Assembly: GCA_000004985.1 (NCBI GenBank)
Contig: GG738892.1
Source: Naegleria gruberi
Lineage: Eukaryota
Strand: one strand, 5' to 3'
DNA length: 64,000 nucleotides
The translations under genes were made by a program, and so were the position numbers. The notes under the pieces were generated by a model. That model saw only the letters and a program-made list of their open reading frames with translations, was not told where the DNA came from and did not search any database. Positions 35,630 through 47,306 of this stretch are shown in pieces. Position 1 is the stretch's first letter; the number at the start of each line of letters is the position of its first letter.

Positions 35630-37795
35630 TTATTCATTACAGGAATAGTAGAATCTAGAAATACTGTATCTACCGATGGAAGCTGGACAATTGTGAGAGT
35701 CATAATATTCCTGGATGGAATTATGATCACAGGCATTTCTAGAGTCCAAATCTGTTTCCACAACAACGTATCTCAATAAGCTATTACGTTCGTTGCTCAA
35801 ATGAGAAGTGAATTTTGTCATTCCTTTCCAATGATCTCTAGTTTCATAATCGAATACAATATCGATGCCATATAATTGTTTCAAATAATCAATTTGTTGT
35901 TCCAAATAGTTGTATTGAGAAAATCCTACCAACAACAAATATTCCAATTTTGGAAGTGACTTGGAATTCAAGATTGATTCAATTATGACTTTAGATGTTT
36001 CTTCTGCTGTCATTACTTCTTTTTTATCATCTGTTTTACGGTGGTAGTATCTTTCTTCACCACATCTTAATCTCAAATATCTTACACCTGGGAATGAGCA
36101 ATTATTAAAGAATGATTTCCACTCCTCATTTGGATATTCCTTATAGGCGGCTGATGCACTATAGTCAATTGATAAAAATCTTATACTATCAGGGAATGAA
36201 TAATTTTGCAGTGGTGTAAAGTATAACACATTGGCCAAGTTCAAATATATAGATTTCGATAATTTCTTTTCAATGTTATCCATCTTGATATCGGCTTGTG
36301 TGAGAGTATGTGCAGCCTTCTTATTATCTGCATCACAGGTAATAAAATTGGCCCATCCACCAGTTCCTTCAATTTTAACACCAAGCTTTGGAGAATTATC
36401 GTCGCCACTATGTTTAGTTCTTCTGTATCTGTATGGATTGGCTGCTGGTTGTTCATCTGCCCAACTTTCTAAATAATTAGAAGTTAAAAGCACATCATTA
36501 TCCTCACTCCAGTATTCATCATTATTTTCAGAGTCCATATGATTGAACATGTTCAAGGAGAGAATAAATGATTGAGTCATGAACATTTCAAATGCTGTAC
36601 GATGTGGTTTGAAAAGGGTTTCATAATCCTCAAATTCAATATCAAACCCATCCAATCTGGATTTAAGCATTGCTGTGCAGACTTGCTCATCGCTATACAA
36701 TGGAGTTTTAGAAGGGGTTTTCTTCTTCTTCTCCTTTTTCTTTATGGTTGTTTTAACAGGTTTTGGAACAGCAACCATTGAATATCTTCTCTCGTCCATC
36801 CTCTTTGAGAGAGTTGAACAATCATAAACCCATTGCTTACTAACAACAAATATACCTGCATTAATGGCTTCTTTTGTCTTGTCAGTATTCGAAAAGGCAG
36901 CAACTGGTTTGTGTTAGACCAAAATACCAATTTGAAACAAATACTTACTCATGTGAGTGGTTTTACCAGCTTGAAATTCTGGAGTGTATTTGGCTCCCAT
37001 TTTCATTGCAGTTTCTCTGAGGGTTGTTCTTTCTGGATTGACTATTCCACTAATTGCAATAGTGACACCAGGTAAAATTTTAGAAATATCAGAACAATAG
37101 TCTCCATCTAAGAAATCATCCTCTTCCTCCTCTTCTTCCTCTTCCTCCTCGTCATCGTCTCCACCATCGCTCATGTCATCCATCCAAGAGTTTTCCTTGT
37201 CAACAGCACTTTCTAAATCATCAAGTGGTTTACCTCTTTCAACAGCTTGAACAACATTTTGAATACGTCCCATCTCTTCTATTTGTCTTCTGTTCAAATC
37301 ACCACAACCTAATTGCAAATTATCAATAGTGTCAGTTCTAATCCAATAGGCCAACTTTTGGAAAAACACAAATCCTTGCAACCAAAATCTCTCCATAAAT
37401 TGTAAATCTGCATCATTAGCTTTTCCTGTCACTAATTCAAAAGTTCTCTTATCGACCATGGAAAGTTTTGCCAAGGCTTTAATATTGTCAAAAGTCGGAA
37501 TGAATTTTGTCAAGTGGCTCACACCTTGCTCAAGAGCACTCAAATCATACAAATTTCTTTTGGTAGCAGTTTGTGTTGGATCTCTCTTAATTGTTGTCAC
37601 ATCAACATTATGATAGAAATCGTTCAAATCACCCACAAGGAAGGAAATTACTTGTAAAACAAGTTCATTCGGTAAATCACCAAAAAGACCACTCGATGAT
37701 GATGATGAAGACAATTTAATTTTCTTGCTTCCTTCTTGGCTAGACTCACCAAGAGAGAGCTTTCTCTTATTTTCATCATGACTGCTGCCGTGCAT
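35630..37795 (-). CDS. F-box + BRCT domain protein with an LRR-like C-terminal region. Exon 1 36949..37795, 45-nt intron 36904..36948 (GTAAGT...AAACCAG), exon 2 35630..36903.
   Basis: F-box LPNELVLQVISFL. The BRCT domain is split by the intron (...GAKYTPEFQAGKTTHM|IAAFSNTDKTKEAINAGIFVVSKQWVYDC) and continues in frame into the ORF 35630..36799. There is an acidic DDDEEEEEEEEEEEDD run. Confidence 0.7.
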
Positions 37796-37963
37796 CTTCT
37801 TGTAACGGCGTTTTTTTTTTAGAGTTCCACTTTTGTGTGGCTAAAAGATAGCAGTGATTACAATATAATCTAATCTATGGAATCTATTTTTCAAGAACAG
37901 ATCAATGTTTAGGTGGATCTTATTGAGATTTGTTGTTCAAGAGATTTAAAGGAACTAAACAAC
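37796..37963. promoter_or_regulatory. Putative bidirectional promoter shared by the two divergent F-box genes
   Basis: A 168-bp spacer between the minus-strand start at 37795 and the plus-strand ATG at 37964. It contains a T12 run and an AACGGCG motif. Confidence 0.35.
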
Positions 37964-39564
37964 ATGAATTTGTTTTTTGTAAAATCAAAAAAAAAAATGT
38001 TAGAAAATAAGAAGAGGAAATTGCTGCTCGATCAATTTTCTTCACAATACCTCAGGCCGAGCAAGTATTTGCTAATGTATCGTAATAATGACCTCGAGGA
38101 GGAATCAGAAGACCAAGCGAATAATAAACATGCCATTTACGAAAATAATGATGACAATAATGGTAGCAATGATGAAGCAACAATTAAAAGAATGGAATTG
38201 AATGATGAAAGAATGGATTCCGCATCATCATCTGCATCAGAAGAAAGAGTAGGAGCAGTAGGAGCAACAACACTGGAAAATAGATCCAGCAATAGAAAAT
38301 CAATTATGGAAATTGGAAATGATTGTTTCTTTGAAATTTTAGGCTTTTTGGAATTATACGAATTTCGTTCTTGCATTTTGGTGAGTAAAACTTGGGCCCG
38401 ATTGATTATTCCATTCTTTATGGATTTGGCAATGGAAATTTATGAAAATGATGAACATTTAGATAGTTTGAGAAAGTTTGGACAGGAGAATGATGATTTA
38501 ATATTGAAGGATGGTTTATATACTGAAGGTGCCACTTGGAAACCATTTACTTGTTATAATGATGATCAGATTGGGGATTTTAGTGTAAGCTATGGACATT
38601 GTTCAGATGACGATGATGTTATTGAGCTTGATGAGTGTGAATTTCACAGAAAATTGATTCCTTTTGGTAGTCCACTTTGTAAAGGAACCGTTAAGGAACA
38701 ATTTGAATTGGTTCAAGACAAAATAGATTCAGAATCTTATAGAATTCTTATTGAGAAACAACTTGGAATACCAGAAAAGGAACAGGACACTTATGAATTT
38801 AATCCTTTTGTAATATTTGATGAAATAGAGCGTGAAAAGGGTATGATCGAGCCATATCTTCATGAAATTCAAGAAGCAAAATGTAGAGATAATGATGACG
38901 ATAACTTTAATGTTTTCTCTGAAGAGCATGTTCCTTACGCAATCAGAGCTGGAATAACACGATGTACAAAACGTGCAGGTTTGTATTTGAATCATTTTCT
39001 TTTCTGAGCTTTCTAATAGGAATATTATTCCACGAACCGTCTGCTATTGAGGATGCTTTTTACCAACTGAAAAGATTCATTTATTTACTGATTAAGGATG
39101 CCTATGAAAGTAAATTCCCAAACAAGACACAAGATTTGCAATTTACAGAAACATATGAAGACTACTCACTCCACTGTTTCGAATATGAAGATGATTTTTT
39201 AAACAGTGATCTTATGGAAGATAGAGACCTAAAGTTGAACTCACAGGACATTCTAGAATCATTTACAAAACTAACAGGTAAGACATTCTTTTTTGCAGAT
39301 GCCCGATTGGAAGCTGCTTTATATGCAGGAAATCCTGAAGCAGAACCAATCGAACAAGGTAGTGATGAAGATTTGGAATATTTTGGATATTCTTTATACG
39401 AATCTGATATGAATGAGTTTCCAATTGTTGATCTGGATGATTCTTCCCCCAATGACGAACAACAGGCCACCGAAGAAGAATCTCTTCAATATCACCTTAG
39501 AAGAATGCTCAGAGAGCAATCATACGAATGTATTCTAAACTATTTCGAATCCACATCAGACTAA
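37964..39564 (+). CDS. F-box-like protein. Exon 1 37964..38978, 41-nt intron 38979..39019 (GTTTGT...CTAATAG), exon 2 39020..39564.
   Basis: F-box-like IMEIGNDCFFEILGFLELYEFRSCILVSKTWARLI. Two ORFs in different frames join cleanly under the proposed splice (...CTKRA-G-ILFHEPSAIEDAFYQ). The C-terminus is acidic. Confidence 0.5.
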
Positions 39565-39691
39565 AAACGTGATCCATTCATTAAAACACACTGGATGCCT
39601 TTGTTTGTTTAACTCAACAGATAAAAAGTAAGAAATGAAAAACTTGACCAACCTGCTAATAGATCTACTATTAACCTTGATTAAAAGGAAA

Positions 39692-39764
39692 CGCCCACCG
39701 TGGGGGTCGAACCCACGACCACAAGGTTAAGAGCCTTGCGCTCTACCGACTGAGCTAGACGGGC
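39692..39764 (-). tRNA. tRNA-Lys (anticodon CUU)
   Basis: Reverse complement is GCCCGTCTAGCTCAGTCGGTAGAGCGCAAGGCTCTTAACCTTGTGGTCGTGGGTTCGACCCCCACGGTGGGCG. It has a canonical cloverleaf, anticodon loop CTCTTAA and a GTTCGA T-loop. Confidence 0.85.
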
Positions 39765-40373
39765 TACACATTCACTAAAACTGTCAAATATTATTATTTT
39801 TATGGTCAGTCAACTTTACCAATTACAAATTTTACCAGTTTATTGTTCACTGTTGTATTAATTTGACCAAAACCCTTGTTTGGAACCTCATCATTTTTAT
39901 CTCTTAATACTTTCATGTTCTTTAAACTATTCATTGTATTTACACTTTACAAAACATGAAAACAATCTCTTTCCAATTTTCATCTATGGAAATCTACCGA
40001 ACCCCACAAAAGCCTTTTACTGCTGTCTCACTTCATGTAAAATTTCATTAATAATATCGTTTCGGCCTTATAAAGCATTCAAATGGTGGGTGTATTCCAA
40101 ATCAAGCATCAAAAGATTGAAGGGTTAGTACTCGTTTGGTAAATTACGATGAAAGAAAAAGCTAGATAAGTTTTTCTTTTGATTTAACATGAACCAACCA
40201 GCTAGAGATTGTGGTGGTATCATGAATAGTGATATCCACTTGTATTTTCATGCTCATTTCGTATAATTGGTTTTTTCACAAGTTTCTCCAACATTCGCGA
40301 ATCAGACACCCTCAAAAAAAACAACCACAAACACTAACTTGCTAATATTCAACACTAGTCTGTTGACAACAAC

Positions 40374-40934
40374 ATGGTCGCTTCAAATAATAGTAGTAAC
40401 AATCATCTAGATTCTCCTGGCTCATCAACTCCTTTCAATAAACATTTATCACAACCAGAAACCACATCATCATCCCTATCGACTTCCTCATCCTCTCTCA
40501 ACACACCATCCAATGCACAACCACCACGAGAATCGATTGATTTGAATCACATGCCAACATCAGCCAGCACCAAAAAAGGAGGAAACAATCAATTACTTGT
40601 TGGCTCCACTTCAACAGCACCCCAAAGAGAATCAGAAGTTTCAAAAGAGGAAGAAGCAAGCACAGAGGAAAAGACATGTTTAGATATGTACATGCAATCA
40701 CCCTGCTCTGGCATTTGGATGTATGATATAGGTGATAAGTTGGATAAGATTCATCCAATTCTTTCAATTCCATTCTATGTAGTATGTTGTCCATTTTCAA
40801 TGCCATGCATCTTTTTGAGTGGTTGTTTAATGGCATCAGATGGTTCTTCAGAGGATGACGATGTGGACACAGCAACACCATATGCATTGAAGAAGAAAAA
40901 GGAAGAAAATTCAAAAGAAGGAAAAGTTCAATAA
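40374..40934 (+). CDS. Hypothetical Ser-rich protein with a C-terminal hydrophobic, Cys-containing segment
   Basis: The ORF contains PCSGIWMYDIGDKL...FYVVCCPFSMPCIFLSGC. This could be a BRI3/LITAF/PLAC8-type membrane-inserted Cys motif, but I cannot assign it. Confidence 0.35.
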   Translation: MVASNNSSNNHLDSPGSSTPFNKHLSQPETTSSSLSTSSSSLNTPSNAQPPRESIDLNHMPTSASTKKGGNNQLLVGSTSTAPQRESEVSKEEEASTEEKTCLDMYMQSPCSGIWMYDIGDKLDKIHPILSIPFYVVCCPFSMPCIFLSGCLMASDGSSEDDDVDTATPYALKKKKEENSKEGKVQ

Positions 40935-41141
40935 AATGATTTTTCAAAAAAATATTTCTAATTGAATTCATTTCACATTTCAGAAAGCTCTGTATCAAAT
41001 TTAACATTCATACCTTACTCAAATTCCCGCCAAATTTCGTTCGAGCTCTCACTCGAATTGAAAAACAAAACACAAAAAAATTAGCCTACGAACTTGTGCA
41101 GCAAGCCTTTTGCAAAATGAAAGAAGAAAAAGACAAAAAAT

Positions 41142-43229
41142 ATGAATCACCATCATCATCATGGTAATAGCACGGCTCATCGTCATAAAAAGAGAACGAC
41201 CACGACTACAAATACCGATATGTTTCAAGGAAGGAATTTTATATTGAAGAGTAATAGTGTTCGGAAGGCTTGTTCGAGTAGTGATGGTCATGATGGTAAA
41301 TGTGTTGTTGAGGAAACAAGATCCTATTTTAATAGTAGGAAGGAAAGATTGGAAGCTTTGATTGTTCCTGCTGCTTCGCCTTCCAGTCCTGAGATTATCT
41401 TTAATGTATTGGCACCTAAATTAATGAATAAGGAGCCTCAGGAGGCATCGACATCATGCTTCTCTCACTTTCCAATAGAAACTCTGAAAGAATCTGAATT
41501 CAAGTTTGTCACTCCAAAGAGTAGAGAGAATGCAACTACAGCGTGCCCAACAAACAGTGCAGGAGGTGTTTCGTCTACCATTGGAGACATTATTACTCCC
41601 TCACTCTTTGAAGCAATTTATGATGATACCATTACACCAAATACCAATATCACAAAAAGCTCTAGGAAATCAGAAATAGCACAGCCAAACTCTAGCCCAG
41701 AAATTTCACTTGGTTCTCTGCCAAGTGATATTCTATCCTCGCCAGAGAATATTGTATCCTCTCCCCCATTGTTTGCAAGTAGAGTTTCATCAGACACCAA
41801 TAGCAGCTCGAGTTCATCCTCGCCAACAGCCTCACCCAAAAAGAAGAAGGTCAAGCTTAATGATAAATCCTTTGAGATGGCAGATTTTAATCTGGTGAGT
41901 CAAGAGAGTAAAGTGGGTTCTGAGAAATCCATTGTTGGAAACTTTGACATTCAATCCCATTCAAGAGTTTTTGCATTCGAGTTTAGGTTAAATGACTTGA
42001 GTTGTGAAATTGAAGAGATTGTTTGTGTTGAATTACTAAAGAATGGAATTGATTTCCAAGAGACTGGTATCAGATTCCATGCCTCTATCATTCAAAAAGC
42101 AGATGTGGATGGAAATGGAAAGTCCTATCTAACAGATGCAGTAACTAACCTTTCGAGATTAATTTACTCTAATAACTTTTTCAATGTTGATCAATCACCA
42201 AAGATTGTAACAAGAAGTCATGGCAAGAAGATGGACATGTTGTTGGATACATTACAGAATATTATAATTGGTGACACGTTTGATTCCTACTCCTTCCTGA
42301 ATAATCTCTATCACTTACTTTCTGAACAAACCATTTATCTGTATGAATCTTTCAAAGATAATATTAAACCTCTTTGTAATGAGCAGGAAATTCTGAACTA
42401 CTTTTCAATTTCTGCCAACTCATCAAATTGGATGTGTCAAACATGCTCTTCCAATAATTCTACTGTATGCTCGCTAGTCGAGTGCTCTACCACTTCCTTG
42501 CTTTTTCAGAGAATGTTTCAAGTTATTGAGAAGAAAAGAAATGCCACTCAAAATACTGACCAACAACAATTAGACGATTCTGTAATTTCCATTAATATTG
42601 ATTACGAAGAAGTACTCAATGCCATCAAAACACCTCCAAATGATTTCACACCAAAATCAAAAAACAATTCAACAAGATCAGGAAAAAAGTTTTCAAAAAT
42701 TAAGATTTCTCCTCGTGGGATAATATCTGCATCCAACACAAACAACAGCAACTCTAAGGATGCTAAAAAGTCCTTACAATTGGCAATAAGGAACTCTCCT
42801 AAAAAATCTAAAACTATTGCAACTAAGCCCACAATAGAAAAGGAAAATACTGAGATTCCTATTGTTCAACCAGTTGAATGTCCAAAAATTCAATTTGTTC
42901 TTCCTCAAAGAACAAGTCAAACAGCTTCACCTAAAACCGTATCTTCTGCCAAGCTTACTATCCTCAAGAAGAACAATCCACCTATAATAGAATGGACTGA
43001 TCAGAAAGTTGAAGAATTGTTAACGCCTAAAACAGTTGCAATCTTACATTTTTTCAGTACGTGTCGGCAAAAAAACCTTGATTCATTCTTTAAATCACCC
43101 AAGAGTTCAATGATATTGCAAATGAGACCTTTCCTTTCAATTAAGGATTTGGTGAACAAATTTTCAGAGCATCCTTGTTTGGGATTAACAAATCTCGCAC
43201 AGTTTTGTAAGACAACATTTGGACTCTAA
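41142..43229 (+). CDS. Hypothetical Ser/Asn-rich protein (695 aa) with an N-terminal His run
   Basis: A long ORF starting MNHHHHHG. Low-complexity S-rich regions. I recognise no domain. Confidence 0.45.
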   Translation: MNHHHHHGNSTAHRHKKRTTTTTNTDMFQGRNFILKSNSVRKACSSSDGHDGKCVVEETRSYFNSRKERLEALIVPAASPSSPEIIFNVLAPKLMNKEPQEASTSCFSHFPIETLKESEFKFVTPKSRENATTACPTNSAGGVSSTIGDIITPSLFEAIYDDTITPNTNITKSSRKSEIAQPNSSPEISLGSLPSDILSSPENIVSSPPLFASRVSSDTNSSSSSSSPTASPKKKKVKLNDKSFEMADFNLVSQESKVGSEKSIVGNFDIQSHSRVFAFEFRLNDLSCEIEEIVCVELLKNGIDFQETGIRFHASIIQKADVDGNGKSYLTDAVTNLSRLIYSNNFFNVDQSPKIVTRSHGKKMDMLLDTLQNIIIGDTFDSYSFLNNLYHLLSEQTIYLYESFKDNIKPLCNEQEILNYFSISANSSNWMCQTCSSNNSTVCSLVECSTTSLLFQRMFQVIEKKRNATQNTDQQQLDDSVISINIDYEEVLNAIKTPPNDFTPKSKNNSTRSGKKFSKIKISPRGIISASNTNNSNSKDAKKSLQLAIRNSPKKSKTIATKPTIEKENTEIPIVQPVECPKIQFVLPQRTSQTASPKTVSSAKLTILKKNNPPIIEWTDQKVEELLTPKTVAILHFFSTCRQKNLDSFFKSPKSSMILQMRPFLSIKDLVNKFSEHPCLGLTNLAQFCKTTFGL

Positions 43230-43274
43230 TATTCTTGAAATGTTTTATTAAGGATTATTGTTTATTACATTGGA

Positions 43275-44768
43275 TTATTTATGATCCTTTTCATTTTGTA
43301 CTGCCAATTTAATGGAATCTGTTTCTATTGGTGCATGTGCATCAGATACACGTTGGGATAATCTCTTAGTATCGACGCCGTACTGAACTACTGGCTCTGG
43401 GGTTGTTGGTGTGGTAGCCAAATTAATATTTACTTTTGGAAGTGCATCCATTACAAAATGAGTACTTGAATCCAATGAGTATCCATGAAGTTTATCCAAT
43501 CTCACAAATGGATCATGAGGTCTCTGACTCTCATCCACAGTTTGAACATTGGATCCATTGGCAAGTGACAGTTGGGCTCTACTAGTCATTTCTCTCATTG
43601 TTTGTAATCTTGCCTCCTCATATCTTTTACTCATTCTGTATCTATAATAAAAGTATCCACTCGATAATAAAATTGCCAATAGAATAATCAAGCTCAAAAT
43701 AACAGCAGTCACCACAATAGCTGTATCAGCACTTGCAGAAGTCAAAGATTTTGAATTGACAGGTTTGACATTGAAAGAGAATTGACATCTGTCCAAAATC
43801 TGATCATTCAATGAACAATTAAGTGCTGTTACTTGAACGTACAGAGTTTTGATTGAGTTTGAATTGGTAGTAAATGTGAGTGTTGACCTACTATCCTTAA
43901 GAATCAGCGTCTGATCTGATGACCAAACCAGATCCTCTTGAGTTGACAATTTCACATTAATTAATGAGACACGTCCAGTAGCATACGGTGAAACTGTCAC
44001 AGTGTACGATACCTTTGCATCCAATTCATTCACATCAATAACTCTACTTGAACAAACCTCACAAACATACTTCTCAGTCAACCCACTCGGAATATCCACA
44101 CTTTGCATACCCAAAAGTAATCGATCATAAACTCTCCACGTCTCTTCCAATGTAAACTTTGTAATAGCCAATGTATATTGCAATGATTTTTCTTTTTTCC
44201 TAATAATATACTTGTACTGATTCAACTTGGTATTTTCGGTAAATCTCATCTCTGATATCTGAATAGAACCTGATGGTTTTGATGATTGGAAAAGATCAAT
44301 TTCACCATCAAATTTTGCAGGATCTGCTTCAAAAGCCGATGGATCTGATAAAAAGGCAGTATATGAATTTACATTCAGATACATGAGAGAGAAGGAAATG
44401 TTTTGGAGATAGGTGCTTGGACTGACAGCATACGAAACAGTAACTTTAAAAGTTCCGAAAGTTGGAGTATCATTGGGAAGGGTATAGAATGTAGAGTTTG
44501 ATGGGATGGTGATGGTGTCACAGTGAATTGGAGAACAGGTTAGGATGAGTGATAAATAAATGCAAGTCAAGAGGAGTATTGTTCGATTGTTGGTGAAAGT
44601 GGAAGAAAGTTGATTATTGTGGTGGGAAATTGATGTGCTAAAAGGAAAGTATGATGTTTCTATTTTGCAATGCTTTGTCCATGCAGTTAGTGAACCGAAT
44701 GGCATTTTGTTTTGTTGGAAAGTAGAAGAATCCTTTCTACTACTTTCATAGTTTGACATTTTTTTCAA
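43275..44768 (-). CDS. Type I transmembrane glycoprotein-like protein
   Basis: N-proximal hydrophobic signal (TILLLTCIYLSLILTCSP), a roughly 300-aa ectodomain with many NxS/T sites, a single TM (AIVVTAVILSLIILLAILLSSGYFYY) and a cytosolic tail. Confidence 0.5.
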   Translation of the reverse strand: MKKMSNYESSRKDSSTFQQNKMPFGSLTAWTKHCKIETSYFPFSTSISHHNNQLSSTFTNNRTILLLTCIYLSLILTCSPIHCDTITIPSNSTFYTLPNDTPTFGTFKVTVSYAVSPSTYLQNISFSLMYLNVNSYTAFLSDPSAFEADPAKFDGEIDLFQSSKPSGSIQISEMRFTENTKLNQYKYIIRKKEKSLQYTLAITKFTLEETWRVYDRLLLGMQSVDIPSGLTEKYVCEVCSSRVIDVNELDAKVSYTVTVSPYATGRVSLINVKLSTQEDLVWSSDQTLILKDSRSTLTFTTNSNSIKTLYVQVTALNCSLNDQILDRCQFSFNVKPVNSKSLTSASADTAIVVTAVILSLIILLAILLSSGYFYYRYRMSKRYEEARLQTMREMTSRAQLSLANGSNVQTVDESQRPHDPFVRLDKLHGYSLDSSTHFVMDALPKVNINLATTPTTPEPVVQYGVDTKRLSQRVSDAHAPIETDSIKLAVQNEKDHK

Positions 44769-45260
44769 CTTGTGAAGGCGATACCATTCAAACGCTGTCG
44801 CTCATTCAATTTCCTTATCTCCATTTATTGCGATAAACACGATACCCGATAACTATTCTAGATATTGAATTCAAAAATTATTCGAAACCTACATTTTGAT
44901 TGAATATCCAAAAAATTGACAAAAATCAGAAATATAAACATTTAAAAAGAGGAACCTTGAATGAGGATTTGAACCTCAAGTCTGGCTATTTTTCTCTTTG
45001 CCATGCTTGTCCAAATTAAGCTTTCCAAAGTCACCTCTTCCTGGTAATCAAAGAATTTTGGCGCCAATCAAAATTTCGATCAAACGCGCAAACTTCAAAA
45101 TTTTGGTTTTTATTAAAATGAAAAAAATCCTTTTTACAAAATGTAAGCTTCAAGTCTAATACATGTAAATTCGGAATTGTTTGAAAAGAAATCCATGTTG
45201 ATGATATTTGAAAAGTCATTCCGAAAATCTTGATGAGTTTGCTCTTCCACTTTAAAAAAA

Positions 45261-47141
45261 ATGCGCCAAAATCTTGAGAGGGGAAAATCTTTAATGTCTG
45301 TTAGAAAATTCCGAGAGTCGAGGATCACAATGATGATGATCGGAATGTTATTGTTGATGGTAGTGGTAGGGTTGATGGGGTTGGTGAGTGCGGATAATGC
45401 TGGGGAAAAGAAGGAAAGAAAAAATGTGTGGATATTTACTCAACCATTGTTTTATGACCAGTTTAAGCCTTTGGTTGATCACTTGGTGAATGAGGATAAG
45501 TCTGTTGTTACTGTGTTGACACCTTACGATGCTTCGGATGCCTTTGAGCAATTTTTAACAAAGAGAAGGGCTGGTGAAGAAGCCAAGTTTAACCTTGTCA
45601 AATGTCCAATTGATACCAGAATTCCAACAAATTTCTACTCATCAATTATTGAGCCTGCCAACAAGAAGCAAACTTACTATGAATATGCCACTCATTTGAA
45701 ACATCAATGGATTGATACATATTTTGGAAAATCATTCTACAAGTGTGGATCTAGCCAATTAGAAAAGTCCAAGGTTGATGTAGTTGTTACTGATTGTCAT
45801 GCATTTGGTGCTATGGATTTTGCAAGCAGTTTCTCAAAGCCTCTTGTCATTTTGTGTCCAACTCTTGCTGGTCTTTCAACTATTCAACCAGTATCTCACC
45901 AAACTGGAAAGGAATTGTTCGAACCTAGATTCAATCCATTCAATCAAGTATCCTATCTCAAACTCTTTAATCAAATGATTCAATTAGATAAGACTTCATC
46001 ATATGCTACTACTATGGATCTTGTAACAAGAGGTCAATTCTTGAAGCAAAACTCTACCGACTTTATCAGATCTATGAATGAAGAGAATTTGGTTGGACAA
46101 TTCTTGAATATCGTTTCCAATATGTTCTCACAAACTCAATACCAAGCATTTTGGCTTTATGAACTCTTTTTAAACAATAGAAGATCAGAATATCTTCCAA
46201 TGAGAATTGCTGATGATACTAGCATTCTTGACATTGTCAAAACTGCTCATGTGTTCTACACTTCTGTTAGTGGTGTTACCGAAGATAGCTCTCTTAGAAT
46301 TCCATCAAATGCTCATTTAATTCCTCCACTTTTGATCAAACAAACCAAGTGGATCAATGTTGCTGAGAAGAGATTGTCAGAAGTCAAGACATTGGAGAAG
46401 AAGATGGAAAACAGAAATGTTATTCTTGTCAATTTAAGAGATTCATTCAAATTACTTCCACTATTTCTCAATAATTTGGAAACCATTGCTACCAAGCATA
46501 ATCATCTTGTTATTATTAATAAGAATGGTCTTAGCCAGGAAATCATCTCCAAATACCCATCCTTCGTGTTTTCTGATTTAAGAGCTGAGGAAAGAAACAG
46601 AATTCTCAAATCGTCCAGTATTAGATTCGTCATTACAAGTGGAGATTTATTATCGACCAGTGAGGTGATTGCTCATGGAAAGCCTGTTTTGATGGTTCCA
46701 TCCACTACTGAAGGATTTGCTGTTTCATTACAATTGAGTGGAAACTTGAAAATAGGACATGTTCTCATTCCATCATTTACTAACGAAAAGGTTATCCAAG
46801 ATGTTATGTCTAACTTCTTAAAGAATACTGAGCTTTATTCACAAGTTAAGATTACCAAACAATATTCCGACCTCTTCTCAGAAGGATCCAACATGTCTGT
46901 AAATATTCTCTCATCTTACATTCTTTCATTGGCTTCCAATAAGAACGTGCTCTCACCTTCATATAGCTTTGATACAAAGGCTGCATTGATTGTTGATACT
47001 TCAATTGTTGCTATTTGTATCCTTCTCACCCTTCTCATCATTATCTACATCAATATCAAAATTATGCTCAGAATTATTTCTCTTCTTTGCTTGTGCTGTG
47101 TAAAGTCCACTAACAAACCTAAGAAGGAAAAGACTGAATAA
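45261..47141 (+). CDS. UDP-glycosyltransferase-like (GT1 family) membrane protein
   Basis: Signal/anchor MMMIGMLLLMVVVGLMGLVSA. A degenerate UGT signature region FVITSGDLLSTSEVIAHGKPVLMVPSTTEG. C-terminal TM followed by a Lys-rich tail (KPKKEKTE), typical of ER UGTs. Confidence 0.45.
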   Translation: MRQNLERGKSLMSVRKFRESRITMMMIGMLLLMVVVGLMGLVSADNAGEKKERKNVWIFTQPLFYDQFKPLVDHLVNEDKSVVTVLTPYDASDAFEQFLTKRRAGEEAKFNLVKCPIDTRIPTNFYSSIIEPANKKQTYYEYATHLKHQWIDTYFGKSFYKCGSSQLEKSKVDVVVTDCHAFGAMDFASSFSKPLVILCPTLAGLSTIQPVSHQTGKELFEPRFNPFNQVSYLKLFNQMIQLDKTSSYATTMDLVTRGQFLKQNSTDFIRSMNEENLVGQFLNIVSNMFSQTQYQAFWLYELFLNNRRSEYLPMRIADDTSILDIVKTAHVFYTSVSGVTEDSSLRIPSNAHLIPPLLIKQTKWINVAEKRLSEVKTLEKKMENRNVILVNLRDSFKLLPLFLNNLETIATKHNHLVIINKNGLSQEIISKYPSFVFSDLRAEERNRILKSSSIRFVITSGDLLSTSEVIAHGKPVLMVPSTTEGFAVSLQLSGNLKIGHVLIPSFTNEKVIQDVMSNFLKNTELYSQVKITKQYSDLFSEGSNMSVNILSSYILSLASNKNVLSPSYSFDTKAALIVDTSIVAICILLTLLIIIYINIKIMLRIISLLCLCCVKSTNKPKKEKTE

Positions 47142-47306
47142 AAGAAATTTTTCCCTCAACTCGCTTACATACAATGCATCTCTAAAATCAATTTCGAACA
47201 GAAATTTAGCCCTTAATCCACGTGTACTGTACACTTGCCACCTCATAAGATAGTATTCTCCCTTAAAAAAATTAAATTTATTAAAAAATTTTAGTATTAA
47301 AAAAAA

